Positions 17,892 through 27,028 of a stretch of DNA of 64,000 nt are shown in pieces. The number at the start of each line of letters is the position of its first letter. Position 1 is the stretch's first letter. A program made the translations under genes and the position numbers. Origin of the DNA: Candidatus Kapaibacterium sp. (lineage in GTDB: Bacteria; Bacteroidota; Ignavibacteria; Kapaibacteriales; UBA961); the NCBI GenBank assembly GCA_046328995.1, contig JAXLVN010000003.1, forward strand, positions 431,784-495,783, written 5' to 3'. Below the pieces are notes generated by a model. It was given only the letters and a program-made list of their open reading frames with translations. It did not search any database and was not told the DNA's origin.

Positions 17892-20252
17892 TTATGAGCT
17901 GCTACGGAGCAGTTTTCGTGCTTCCCGTAAGCCATGCTCGATGGTTTCGGGTGGAATTTCCACCTCGAATCCCGTATGTGGCACACCACGCTGCTCGGCA
18001 ATACGCCGCTTGACTTCAATAAATGCCTCTTCCGCCTCCTTCGGGCGTGCTAAATATAATAATGAATATGCCTTAAGATGCAATGCATACGACTGTTTCG
18101 GTGCTTTTTGGAGCGAATAGTCCGCCCACGAAAGCGCCTCGGTAAATCGCTTGTCATTGCCGGCAATCTGAGAAAGCGTCGCTGCCGCACTTGCGGCAAT
18201 CGTCGCCGATAGAGTACCGAATTCTATCGCAAGCTTCAATGCCTGCTCGGCTTGTGTGGTGAGTTCCATACGGGCGAGCGTCTGCCCGAGTTGGAACCAC
18301 GCATAGCTGTTTTCCGGCTCTTCCTGCACATGCGTAATGAGTAAGTCATAATTTCGCTTGACTTTTTGCTCCATAACTTCCCGGCTCTGATCATAGCCCA
18401 GATGATAAATTTCCACTTCACTCATGATGACCTGTCCGCCGAGCGCGAGAATAGATGGGGTGATTTGCTCGTGAACACGACCCTGGAAATGTATTTTCGG
18501 GTAGCCGTAATTTTTGAATATTCGAGGGTAACTGCCACGATGAATTTCACTTACGCCTGAATTTTGTTTGTGCGGGCTCGTAATGATACACACAATTCCT
18601 CCGATTTCAGGCGGCATTGATTCGAGCATCTTTCGCAGGTGCAGCTTTGCATCAGGATGAAGGCGCTCATCGGCATCGAGATAGAGGATCCATTGTCCGG
18701 TGCATTCCTTGAGTGATGCATTCCGAGCTTCGGCAAAATCACCGGTCCATGGTTGTTCATAGACGGTAGCACCAAATGAACGTGCAATGCTCATGGTCGA
18801 ATCAGTCGAACCTGTGTCGAGAATGACAATTTCATCGACCACGCCTTCGACGCTTTTGAGGCAATCAGCGAGATTTTTTTCTTCATTTTTGACAATCATA
18901 CTCAGCGACAGCAATGGTCGTTTCGTCGGTGTGGCCGTACTACTCCGAGGTACCGACGGAGCGGTACTTTCTGCTGAAAAACGTACCGTGGGAAAACTAT
19001 CAGACTGCGGCGGATGTGGCGTGGCGGGTGTCTGGTGTGAACGTTGGATCTGTATCCGGGTCAGATAATTACGAATATCTTCTCTCGTTGGCTCAAGACT
19101 GCATGCCCGCTGCAAGAGCTCTTCAGCACGTTCCAAATCATCGGCTTTCATAGCGCAATTCGCGCAACCAATGAGGCAGGAAATATCCAGTGGATTCGCC
19201 GCCAAACCCCGTAGAAAATCCTGCTCGGCATCGTGCCACTGCCCGAGGGCTGCCTCGCTCCTGCCGATTCGAAAATGGATTTGTTCGATCGGAAGCTGAT
19301 ACTCACCTGCAATTTTAGCCAGCGGGTCACCTGCCGTACGCGCAGCAAGCAAAGCATGGTACGCACCAAGCGCTTCCTGATGTCTGCCGAGGGCAAAATT
19401 TGCCTCACCCATCACAAAGCAGGCAAGTGATTGATGTGGCAAGAGCGCAAGTGAACGTGACGCATAGTCGAGCGCGAGGGAATGCTCATGCTGCTGAAAT
19501 GCTATAATTCCTGCATAACAAAGCGCTTGTGGCAAATGAATGCTATTGTCCCCCGCAAAAGTAATTGCAGCGAGAATATCTGATGTTGCTGCTGCCGTAT
19601 TACCGAGGGCAAGGTGTGTCTTTGCGCGATGAAGGTACGAATAGGCATGAGTCGGCTTTTGCAGAATGGCATTATCAAGCAGGGCAATATTTCGTTTTTG
19701 CTTTTCGAGCATCTCCTGTGGAGAGAGATTGTACCCTTCATGGCTGAACTGTATCGAAGATGTTGAAATAGTAAGGTGTTGGGCGAGAATGGATTCTAAG
19801 ATCTGCTCATGAATAATTCCTTCGAATCGAATTGCCGGATGATTGCGGAAGAGGCGCAGGAGAGAGCTCGAGTAGGTGTCGATACTCCCGTCTGAGCGCT
19901 TGGCATGGGAGCGAACATCGATTAAAAAGCCGCCATCGGTCTCCGTGCTTGACCGGAGCGTGCGGAGAAGTTCGTCCGGATTGAGCAGACATTCGTCGGC
20001 ATCGATACTGAGTATCCATGGAAGCGAAGCCGCTGAGAGGGCTATATTTCGTGCATCGGAAAAGTCATTCTTCCATGGGTGATGGAGAATTTGGCAACCA
20101 TACCGTGAGGCGATTGCACATGTAGCGTCGGTCGAACCCGTATCGACGAGAATGATTTCACCGGCAACCTGCGCGACTGATTCGAGGCATTGCGCCAGCA
20201 ATTTTTCTTCGTTTTTGGCAATTATACAGACCGAGAGTAGAGATTCATCCAT
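17892..20252 (-). CDS. Dual glycosyltransferase family 2 protein with a central TPR region (GT2-TPR-GT2)
   Basis: Two copies of the GT2 N-terminal signature (..SVCIIAKNEEKLL...LVDTGSTD.. with ..DADE..; ..LSMIVKNEEKNL...LDTGSTD.. with ..DADE..), separated by TPR-like helical repeats. Confidence 0.7.
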   Translation of the reverse strand: MDESLLSVCIIAKNEEKLLAQCLESVAQVAGEIILVDTGSTDATCAIASRYGCQILHHPWKNDFSDARNIALSAASLPWILSIDADECLLNPDELLRTLRSSTETDGGFLIDVRSHAKRSDGSIDTYSSSLLRLFRNHPAIRFEGIIHEQILESILAQHLTISTSSIQFSHEGYNLSPQEMLEKQKRNIALLDNAILQKPTHAYSYLHRAKTHLALGNTAAATSDILAAITFAGDNSIHLPQALCYAGIIAFQQHEHSLALDYASRSLALLPHQSLACFVMGEANFALGRHQEALGAYHALLAARTAGDPLAKIAGEYQLPIEQIHFRIGRSEAALGQWHDAEQDFLRGLAANPLDISCLIGCANCAMKADDLERAEELLQRACSLEPTREDIRNYLTRIQIQRSHQTPATPHPPQSDSFPTVRFSAESTAPSVPRSSTATPTKRPLLSLSMIVKNEEKNLADCLKSVEGVVDEIVILDTGSTDSTMSIARSFGATVYEQPWTGDFAEARNASLKECTGQWILYLDADERLHPDAKLHLRKMLESMPPEIGGIVCIITSPHKQNSGVSEIHRGSYPRIFKNYGYPKIHFQGRVHEQITPSILALGGQVIMSEVEIYHLGYDQSREVMEQKVKRNYDLLITHVQEEPENSYAWFQLGQTLARMELTTQAEQALKLAIEFGTLSATIAASAAATLSQIAGNDKRFTEALSWADYSLQKAPKQSYALHLKAYSLLYLARPKEAEEAFIEVKRRIAEQRGVPHTGFEVEIPPETIEHGLREARKLLRSSS

Positions 20253-20358
20253 GAGAAACACGCATCGTAAAGATAGAACTAACAACTTGATTTATCAAAA
20301 TTAACGAACATTCCGCCAATTAAAAAATATACTGTCCGAATGATGAAATTTGACCCAT

Positions 20359-20389
20359 AAAAAAAACCGCACAGATCGAATCTATGCGG
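20359..20389 (-). terminator. Rho-independent terminator downstream of tRNA-Pro
   Basis: The minus strand reads ccgcatagattcgatctgtgcgg followed by a run of eight T. Confidence 0.6.
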
Positions 20390-20402
20390 TTTGATTTGCT
20401 CG

Positions 20403-20476
20403 TCGGTGTGGCGGGATTTGAACCCACGACCCCTACTACCCCAAAGTAGTGCGCTACCGGGCTGCGCTACACACCG
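20403..20476 (-). tRNA. tRNA-Pro (anticodon GGG), 74 nt, CCA not encoded
   Basis: Hand-folded cloverleaf: acceptor CGGTGTG/CACACCG, D-stem GCGC, anticodon stem CTACT/AGTAG with loop TTGGGGT, T-arm GTGGG-TTCAAAT-CCCGC. Confidence 0.8.
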
Positions 20477-20541
20477 TTTTTTGCACCGCGAAAATACGGC
20501 TTACGGCGCGAACTACCAAGTTTTTGCATGGAAGGGTCGAT

Positions 20542-21435
20542 TTAATACTGTTTCTTTTTGTAATTGAGCACCTTGAGTGATTCAAAAAATTTCTCGACTT
20601 TGGGGATTGCTGACGGAGGATTAACATCAAAATACCAGAAGTTCTCGGTGTCACCGCGATTCATGCCAAGTTGCATAACACCCTGGGACTTATGCTCGGC
20701 GATGAGCCAGTTAACGACGACTTTGTAGTTCAGGTTGTCCTTAAATCCGAACTTCTGCGTACGGTCAAAAAAGAAGGTCGGCTTGCCGCTCAGCACAGCC
20801 GTCAGTCGGAAGCCGTATAATCCCCGATAATTGACCTGAGCGGTATCTGTCTTCTCGGAGACCGTACATCCAAGGATAATGGGGCGGTCTGCCGGCTCGA
20901 GTTCGCTGAGGCTTTGCAGCGCGAGAATCGTAGCAGCTTTGTGGTGTCCATGTGTCTCGGGGGTAGGCAAGAGACAGAATATATAGTCATACTTTTCACG
21001 AAGGATGAGTTCTTTGAGCTTTTCGCGAACCCATTTCACATTCCATACTTGCGTCAGTACCGTGTCGCAGTCTAGGGTATAATGGGTGTCTTTTTGATCA
21101 AAGAAATAGTAATTCCGGATACCGATAATTTTCCCGCCGGCCATGATTTCACGTTTGCGGATCGTGGGGAGGAGTTCGCGTCCTACCGCTTCATCGGTGA
21201 GCTCAGCACCATAAATATCTTCAGCAAGGGTCGAATATTTAAACCCCGCCTCACCATTGGTGACAAGAGCGAGATCGACCTTGCCTTTAAGATCATGGGT
21301 AATTTTATACACCGACGCTGCAAATCCTGTTTCATCATCGGGATGCGCGGTGACGATCAGCACTTTAGGAGCATTCTCCGCAGCATGCGCTGAGAGGGAG
21401 ACGAGAGCGAAGAGAAGGAGGAAGATTTTTTTCAT
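20542..21435 (-). CDS. PIG-L/LmbE-family N-acetylglucosaminyl deacetylase-like protein, secreted
   Basis: Signal peptide MKKIFLLLFALVSLSAHA, then the ..LIVTAHPDDE.. metal-binding motif characteristic of the PIG-L family. Confidence 0.6.
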   Translation of the reverse strand: MKKIFLLLFALVSLSAHAAENAPKVLIVTAHPDDETGFAASVYKITHDLKGKVDLALVTNGEAGFKYSTLAEDIYGAELTDEAVGRELLPTIRKREIMAGGKIIGIRNYYFFDQKDTHYTLDCDTVLTQVWNVKWVREKLKELILREKYDYIFCLLPTPETHGHHKAATILALQSLSELEPADRPIILGCTVSEKTDTAQVNYRGLYGFRLTAVLSGKPTFFFDRTQKFGFKDNLNYKVVVNWLIAEHKSQGVMQLGMNRGDTENFWYFDVNPPSAIPKVEKFFESLKVLNYKKKQY

Positions 21436-21551
21436 AGGATGGAGGGATAGTTGTGGAAGTTATTGTACTTATAAATTAGATTCGTTGTTTAATTCTTTAA
21501 AATTGATAAAGTTATATGAGGAAATGGAAGCAGAAATACTTAATACAGTTT

Positions 21552-22268
21552 CTAAAGTTTTCCACGCAAATGTAAAAAACCAAACCAACTCCACGAACCA
21601 TCGACAAAGGAGTGGGTTTTCTCTCGAAAGCTAATGGTATAGGTATCTTTAGTCGTACCGAGATACGTATTATTCATATAGTTAAGTTCAAGTTCAAATT
21701 TACGGATTGTTTCAATTTGTTTTGAGGTTAAATATGAGGAATTAGAACTAAAAGTAGGATCATCCGATTGCCATTTTGCATAGTATTTACCCTTGCGTTT
21801 GTGGATAGTCAGGGTGTCAGATTCAAAATTAAAGCAACCACTGGTTTGCATTGTAATTGTATACCTTTCTTTGTCTTGCAATTGATCGATGATAGGAATG
21901 TACGTTTCTTTCTTATAATCGAGCGAATCAGCGCAAATACTAGTATTATAAGACTTAAAGGTCGAAATATAGATTGTTTTGGATTCTTCTTTTTTATAAA
22001 TTGATCTATAATGAATCGTATATAGTCCTGTATCTAAAGGGCTTAGAGTGTGAATCGCGTTCGTTCCATCGAGTGTTCGAAATGGCATGTTATTTTTTAA
22101 AACAATGATAGAATCATATAATAATGGAGGTATTCCAAAATATGACACCCTGTTATTGGTAATTTCAATCTGCAAGCTAGCATAAGGCTGACCTGTCGTA
22201 GACTTCATTCCCAGAGAGCTGAAAATTAATGCAACTAATAAAAACACTAGTATATTACAATTTTTCAT
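21552..22268 (-). CDS. Hypothetical secreted protein
   Basis: Signal peptide MKNCNILVFLLVALIFSSLG; no recognisable motifs. Confidence 0.4.
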   Translation of the reverse strand: MKNCNILVFLLVALIFSSLGMKSTTGQPYASLQIEITNNRVSYFGIPPLLYDSIIVLKNNMPFRTLDGTNAIHTLSPLDTGLYTIHYRSIYKKEESKTIYISTFKSYNTSICADSLDYKKETYIPIIDQLQDKERYTITMQTSGCFNFESDTLTIHKRKGKYYAKWQSDDPTFSSNSSYLTSKQIETIRKFELELNYMNNTYLGTTKDTYTISFREKTHSFVDGSWSWFGFLHLRGKL

Positions 22269-22386
22269 TTTGTAAATTGCTCATTGTATGACGATAAGTA
22301 AAGCTCGGTATAATAACTGACATTCATACTATCAGTTTTCATCATGAAGCGACTTTTGCGACTTTTGCGTTAAATTCTAAACACCC

Positions 22387-23388
22387 TCACCCCAAAATCG
22401 TCCTCCACGCCCCTATAATATCCGCCTCTTCCTCTTCATGCGTATAACGCTCGCTCATGTATTCGGCTGCCGTTTTGGCTCGCGTTTGTAGAGCGGAAGG
22501 GTCGGTGTCATATTCTTTGAGAAGCTTTTCCATGACGGTAATAAACCCAATACTGTCATGCGCTTGCACGGGGAAGCTGAGTTCGGGAAGCATGAATTCC
22601 TGAGCGCCGTAGCCGTGATATCCTGCCACAATACAACCGCACATCATCGCCTCTGCGGGAGGTAATTGAAAGCCCTCAATCGTTCCAAACGTCAGAAAAA
22701 ACGCCGACTCACGCATGATGCGCGCGACGTCGGGTTCCATGAGTCCGTCAATCGGCGCGAGCGTCCACCCCTTGAGCGCACCCTTGAATTTCAGCCCATT
22801 AATCACACGCTGAATATCCATGAAATTCTTGCGCGGCATGAACGCAATTTGTTTCTTTTTCTTCGGTTCGTAATAATACTCATCATGGTTAATTCCCAAG
22901 TGGATACGGTGCACAGGATGCTGCGGAAAGACGCCCTGAACGAAGGCGCGGTTATGTTCGGACACGACAAACGTAGCCAGCACATCAGGACTCAGATACG
23001 GCGTTTCAAGTCGTTCAATCGCAAGCGGATGATGATCAAAAGTATAATGCGCGTTCTGATTGAGAATCACTTTTTTGAGCCGGCTGACATCGAGCCGTAC
23101 TTTGCGGCGGATACCGAGGAAATCTTTTCGTTCCATCACCACTTCCCGGGCAGCATGCGCGCCATAAATCTCGGGAAGAACGATAAACTCGCTCTCAGCA
23201 AGCGTTTGCGGGGAGTAATGAACGACAGGAGTCGAATTCTTGAACCACGTACAGCGAAAACCACGCTTCATGTGAAGCACAGCCGCCGAAATCCCATGTT
23301 TATTCAAAATATCAACATGCCGGTACAGCACGCGGATACCGCCAATAGGAGAATTATCATCCGGACTAAGAACGAGTACCTGGGGCAT
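22387..23388 (-). CDS. Glycosyltransferase, GT4-like (group 1)
   Basis: C-terminal ..GTIEGFQLPPAEAMMCGCIVAG.. matches the GT4 E-x7-E / EGFGL-PP-EAMA-G signature. Confidence 0.5.
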   Translation of the reverse strand: MPQVLVLSPDDNSPIGGIRVLYRHVDILNKHGISAAVLHMKRGFRCTWFKNSTPVVHYSPQTLAESEFIVLPEIYGAHAAREVVMERKDFLGIRRKVRLDVSRLKKVILNQNAHYTFDHHPLAIERLETPYLSPDVLATFVVSEHNRAFVQGVFPQHPVHRIHLGINHDEYYYEPKKKKQIAFMPRKNFMDIQRVINGLKFKGALKGWTLAPIDGLMEPDVARIMRESAFFLTFGTIEGFQLPPAEAMMCGCIVAGYHGYGAQEFMLPELSFPVQAHDSIGFITVMEKLLKEYDTDPSALQTRAKTAAEYMSERYTHEEEEADIIGAWRTILG

Positions 23389-23497
23389 GGAAGAAAAGAA
23401 AGAGGATTAGTAAAGTAACTATTTTGAATGTGTTAGACTGACTTAATTAAAATATCTTATTTGCGCTCGAAAATTAAAGCTGCGATGAGTCCAAAGA

Positions 23498-23524
23498 ATT
23501 ACTCTCACCAGTGGTGAGAGTAAT
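23498..23524. repeat. Perfect 27-nt palindrome (12-bp stem, 3-nt loop) in an AT-rich 425-nt intergenic region
   Basis: attactctcacc-agt-ggtgagagtaat. Confidence 0.6.
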
Positions 23525-23812
23525 GAGGAATCTAATATTTATTCTAACGTTGACACTCTAAAATTATAAGTACATACGGTTAAACCTTAGTAGAACGGCG
23601 TCAAGGTAAGAGAACACCTTATTACCTTATCGTATAAATTCTAACTGGCCGGATATACTGATGTACTAAAAATAAGGTTGTTGTTCGGGGTGGAACTACT
23701 TGCTACTAAGGTTGTTATGCGTATTCGTACGTATAAGTCTATTTCAACGAGTATAGAACTAACTTGTAGTAAAAAAACGGAACAACAATGCATTTTTTAT
23801 TATTTACTTTAT

Positions 23813-25180
23813 CTACACCTTCTCCCGCTCAAACGGAAATTCACCCCGAATCTTCGCCTGCACGAAATACACCACAATGCCGCTTGCGAGCACAATCAAA
23901 CCCCAAAAAGTAACTGGAATGTCGAGAATTGTGGTGGCCATTGTCGCGCTGAAGAGCCATATCCACAAGAGAATTGCCATGATAGCCGGCAAAGGATAGA
24001 GCCACATTTTAAAAGGTATGCGATCGGATGACCACTTTTGCCTTAGGAGCATCACACCCACAGCGCCGCCGATGAATTGGATGATGATACGCATGGCGAG
24101 TATTGCGCTGATAATTTCTTTCATTTTGAACATCAAACTAAACACAAATGCTGTTCCACAAAGGACTAAGAGCGATACATACGGGAAATCTTTTGTCGGG
24201 TGTAATTTCGCAAAAACTTTAAAAAATGCGCCTTCGACTGCCGCAGCATACGGAATCCGTGAATAGCCGACCACCACCGCAAAGAGCGACGAAAAGGCAA
24301 TCAGCAGAATCAGCGCAGTCGCATAAAGAGCAGCTGTATGACCGTAGAGCCTTTCGATAAACGTGCTGACAATGAACTGCGAATTCTGGAGTTCCTGCCA
24401 CGGCACGACGCCATACACACTAAGATTCAAAGCAAGATAGAGAAAAGCAATGCCGATAATGGAGATAAAAATACTCCGCGGGATATTCTTCTCAGGATTG
24501 CGAATTTCGCCACCAAGATGACAAACATTATAATACCCAAGATAGGAGTACACCGTTTTGACGGTCGCATTACCCAGAAGACCAAAAAATGCCCAGGAAA
24601 AATCGACCGAATTCTCGGGATAGGTAAAGGCAAGGGAAGAATTAAAATGCGTCGCTCCGCCGAAAATTAACCATCCCATTGTACCAAGGACAGCAGCCCA
24701 AAGCACAACGGATATTTTCCCGATATCACCGACTTTGCGATAGAGGAGTATCGTGATAAAAATCACTAAACCGCCCGAAAGCATTTTGGACTCGATGGGT
24801 GTTAATTCTACTAAATAATTGAAATACATGGCAAATCCAATCGCACCCGAAGCAACCACAAGCGGCGCTTGGATAATCGTCTGCCAGATGAACAAAAAGG
24901 ACATCAGCTTGCCCCAGCGATCGCGCCCAAAGGTCTCGCGGAGAAAGATAAAACTACCACCCGCCTGCGGCATTGCAGCGCCGAGTTCAGCCCAGACAAA
25001 GCCATCAACGAGCGCAAGCGCAGCGCCGGCAACCCATGCCCAAATCGCCTGCGGACCGGCCATAATCTGCACAACAATCGGAAGTACGACAAATGGTCCG
25101 ATACCAACCATATCGATCATATTTAAGGCGGTTGCCTGTATGAGGCCAAGTTCGCGGCGGAGTGCGGGTTTTGTGTTCAT
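23813..25180 (-). CDS. APC-superfamily amino acid permease
   Basis: 455 aa, about 12 TM helices, N-terminal ..GLIQATALNMIDMVGIGPFV.. typical of APC transporters. Confidence 0.7.
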   Translation of the reverse strand: MNTKPALRRELGLIQATALNMIDMVGIGPFVVLPIVVQIMAGPQAIWAWVAGAALALVDGFVWAELGAAMPQAGGSFIFLRETFGRDRWGKLMSFLFIWQTIIQAPLVVASGAIGFAMYFNYLVELTPIESKMLSGGLVIFITILLYRKVGDIGKISVVLWAAVLGTMGWLIFGGATHFNSSLAFTYPENSVDFSWAFFGLLGNATVKTVYSYLGYYNVCHLGGEIRNPEKNIPRSIFISIIGIAFLYLALNLSVYGVVPWQELQNSQFIVSTFIERLYGHTAALYATALILLIAFSSLFAVVVGYSRIPYAAAVEGAFFKVFAKLHPTKDFPYVSLLVLCGTAFVFSLMFKMKEIISAILAMRIIIQFIGGAVGVMLLRQKWSSDRIPFKMWLYPLPAIMAILLWIWLFSATMATTILDIPVTFWGLIVLASGIVVYFVQAKIRGEFPFEREKV

Positions 25181-25420
25181 ATTATGTTGAATATGCAGTT
25201 AATTAACGTGAATCGGAATAACGATAGAGAGACATTCGAGAAGCCCGAATGGGCATCAATTTCAATAGCCACCGATTGCATCGATGGCTATTGATGTTCA
25301 TCCCTTTCAGGGATGGAGCACGTTCAAACTCTATCGTGCATCCACTTAACGTATTTATTTTCTGTAATGTTATGCCGGAAAGTTCTCCCGAACTCACGTA
25401 TTATATCCATTCCACCTCCA

Positions 25421-26962
25421 TCACTCCCACTCAATCGTCGCCGGCGGCTTGCTGGAAATATCATAGCAGACTCGATTGATGCCACGTACTTCGTTGATAA
25501 TCCGATTGCTCATGCGCGCAAGTACTTCGTATGGCATGTGATACCAATCTGCCGTCATGCCGTCGGTGCTGGTCACCGCGCGGAGTGCGCACACATTTTC
25601 GTAGGTGCGTTCATCGCCCATGACGCCAACGCTTTGGACGGGCAGAAGCACCGCAAATGCTTGCCATATCGAACTATACAAGCCGGCAGTACGAATTTCC
25701 TCAAGGTAAATATCATCTGCCTTGCGGAGAATATTCAGACGTTCTTCGGTGATTTCGCCGAGAACGCGGATTGCGAGTCCGGGACCGGGGAACGGATGAC
25801 GTTCGATGAACCATTCAGGAATGCCAAGCAGGCGACCGACATTGCGCACTTCGTCTTTGAAGAGTTCGCGGAACGGTTCGATAAGCGCGAGATTCATCTG
25901 CTCGGGCAGACCGCCTACATTATGATGCGACTTAATCGTCACCGACGGACCCTTCACGCTAACCGATTCAATTACATCAGGATAAAGCGTGCCTTGAGCA
26001 AGGAATTTTGCATCGCCGAATTTCTTTGCTTCGACTTCGAAGACATCAATAAAGGTCTTGCCGATGATTTTACGTTTTTGTTCCGGATCGGCAACATTCG
26101 CAAGGCGGGAGAGGAATAAGTCACTCGCATCGACCACATCTATACTCATTGAAAAATGTTCGCGGAAGAGCCGCTCGATCGTCGTACTCTCATCGGTGCG
26201 CATGAGTCCGGAGTCCACGTGAATACAGTGTAATTGATCGCCAATCGCTTTGTGGAGCAGTACGGCAGCAACCGTCGAGTCCACACCACCGGAGAGCGCG
26301 CAGATCACACCGCCTGTGCCGACTTTAGATCTGATCTCAGCAAGTTGTGATTCTACAAATGCTTCCGCGTTCCAATTATCCGTACATCCGCAGATGATAC
26401 GCACAAAATTGGAGAGGATAGTCTTTCCTTCCTGACTGTGATGCACCTCGGGGTGGAACAGCGTGCCCCAGATGCGATGTTCTTTATGGCGGAAACAGCA
26501 CAGGGGAGAAGTAGCAGTGTGGGCAATTACTTCGCACCCTGCCGCAAGCTGATTAATATGATCGCCATGACTCATCCACACAATACTGTGCGCACTGATA
26601 TTCTGCAATAATGGATCGTCGTGGATGACACTCAGTTCGGCGCGTCCGAATTCACGATGATCAGACGCAATCACTTCACCGCCAAGCTGATAGGTAATTA
26701 ACTGCGAACCATAACAGATACCGAGAATCGGCACGCCAAGCTCATACACCGCCGTCGTCGAATGAGGCGCTCCCTCACCATACACACTCGCCGGACCACC
26801 CGAGAGAATTATTCCTTTCGGATGTAAAGAACGGAGCTTTTCAGCGGAAATATTAAAGGGATGAATCTCGGCATACACGCCGCACTCGCGCACACGACGC
26901 GCGATAAGCTGCGTAACTTGTGAACCAAAATCGAGAATAATTATACGTTCTGAATGATACAT
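25421..26962 (-). CDS. guaA: GMP synthase (glutamine-hydrolysing)
   Basis: GATase1 domain (..LDFGSQ.., catalytic ..GICYG..), ATP-PPase SGGVDS motif, C-terminal ...KPPATIEWE. Confidence 0.9.
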   Translation of the reverse strand: MYHSERIIILDFGSQVTQLIARRVRECGVYAEIHPFNISAEKLRSLHPKGIILSGGPASVYGEGAPHSTTAVYELGVPILGICYGSQLITYQLGGEVIASDHREFGRAELSVIHDDPLLQNISAHSIVWMSHGDHINQLAAGCEVIAHTATSPLCCFRHKEHRIWGTLFHPEVHHSQEGKTILSNFVRIICGCTDNWNAEAFVESQLAEIRSKVGTGGVICALSGGVDSTVAAVLLHKAIGDQLHCIHVDSGLMRTDESTTIERLFREHFSMSIDVVDASDLFLSRLANVADPEQKRKIIGKTFIDVFEVEAKKFGDAKFLAQGTLYPDVIESVSVKGPSVTIKSHHNVGGLPEQMNLALIEPFRELFKDEVRNVGRLLGIPEWFIERHPFPGPGLAIRVLGEITEERLNILRKADDIYLEEIRTAGLYSSIWQAFAVLLPVQSVGVMGDERTYENVCALRAVTSTDGMTADWYHMPYEVLARMSNRIINEVRGINRVCYDISSKPPATIEWE

Positions 26963-27028
26963 ATCTGCCTTAAAAATAGTAGAATACAAAAAATTTCATG
27001 AATTAATCGCGCGCTTTATTCCTCACCC

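Noticed and set aside
20454-20654. 66-aa ORF overlapping tRNA-Pro and the 3' end of the PIG-L gene
   Set aside because: It overlaps a structurally convincing tRNA. Short and without motifs.
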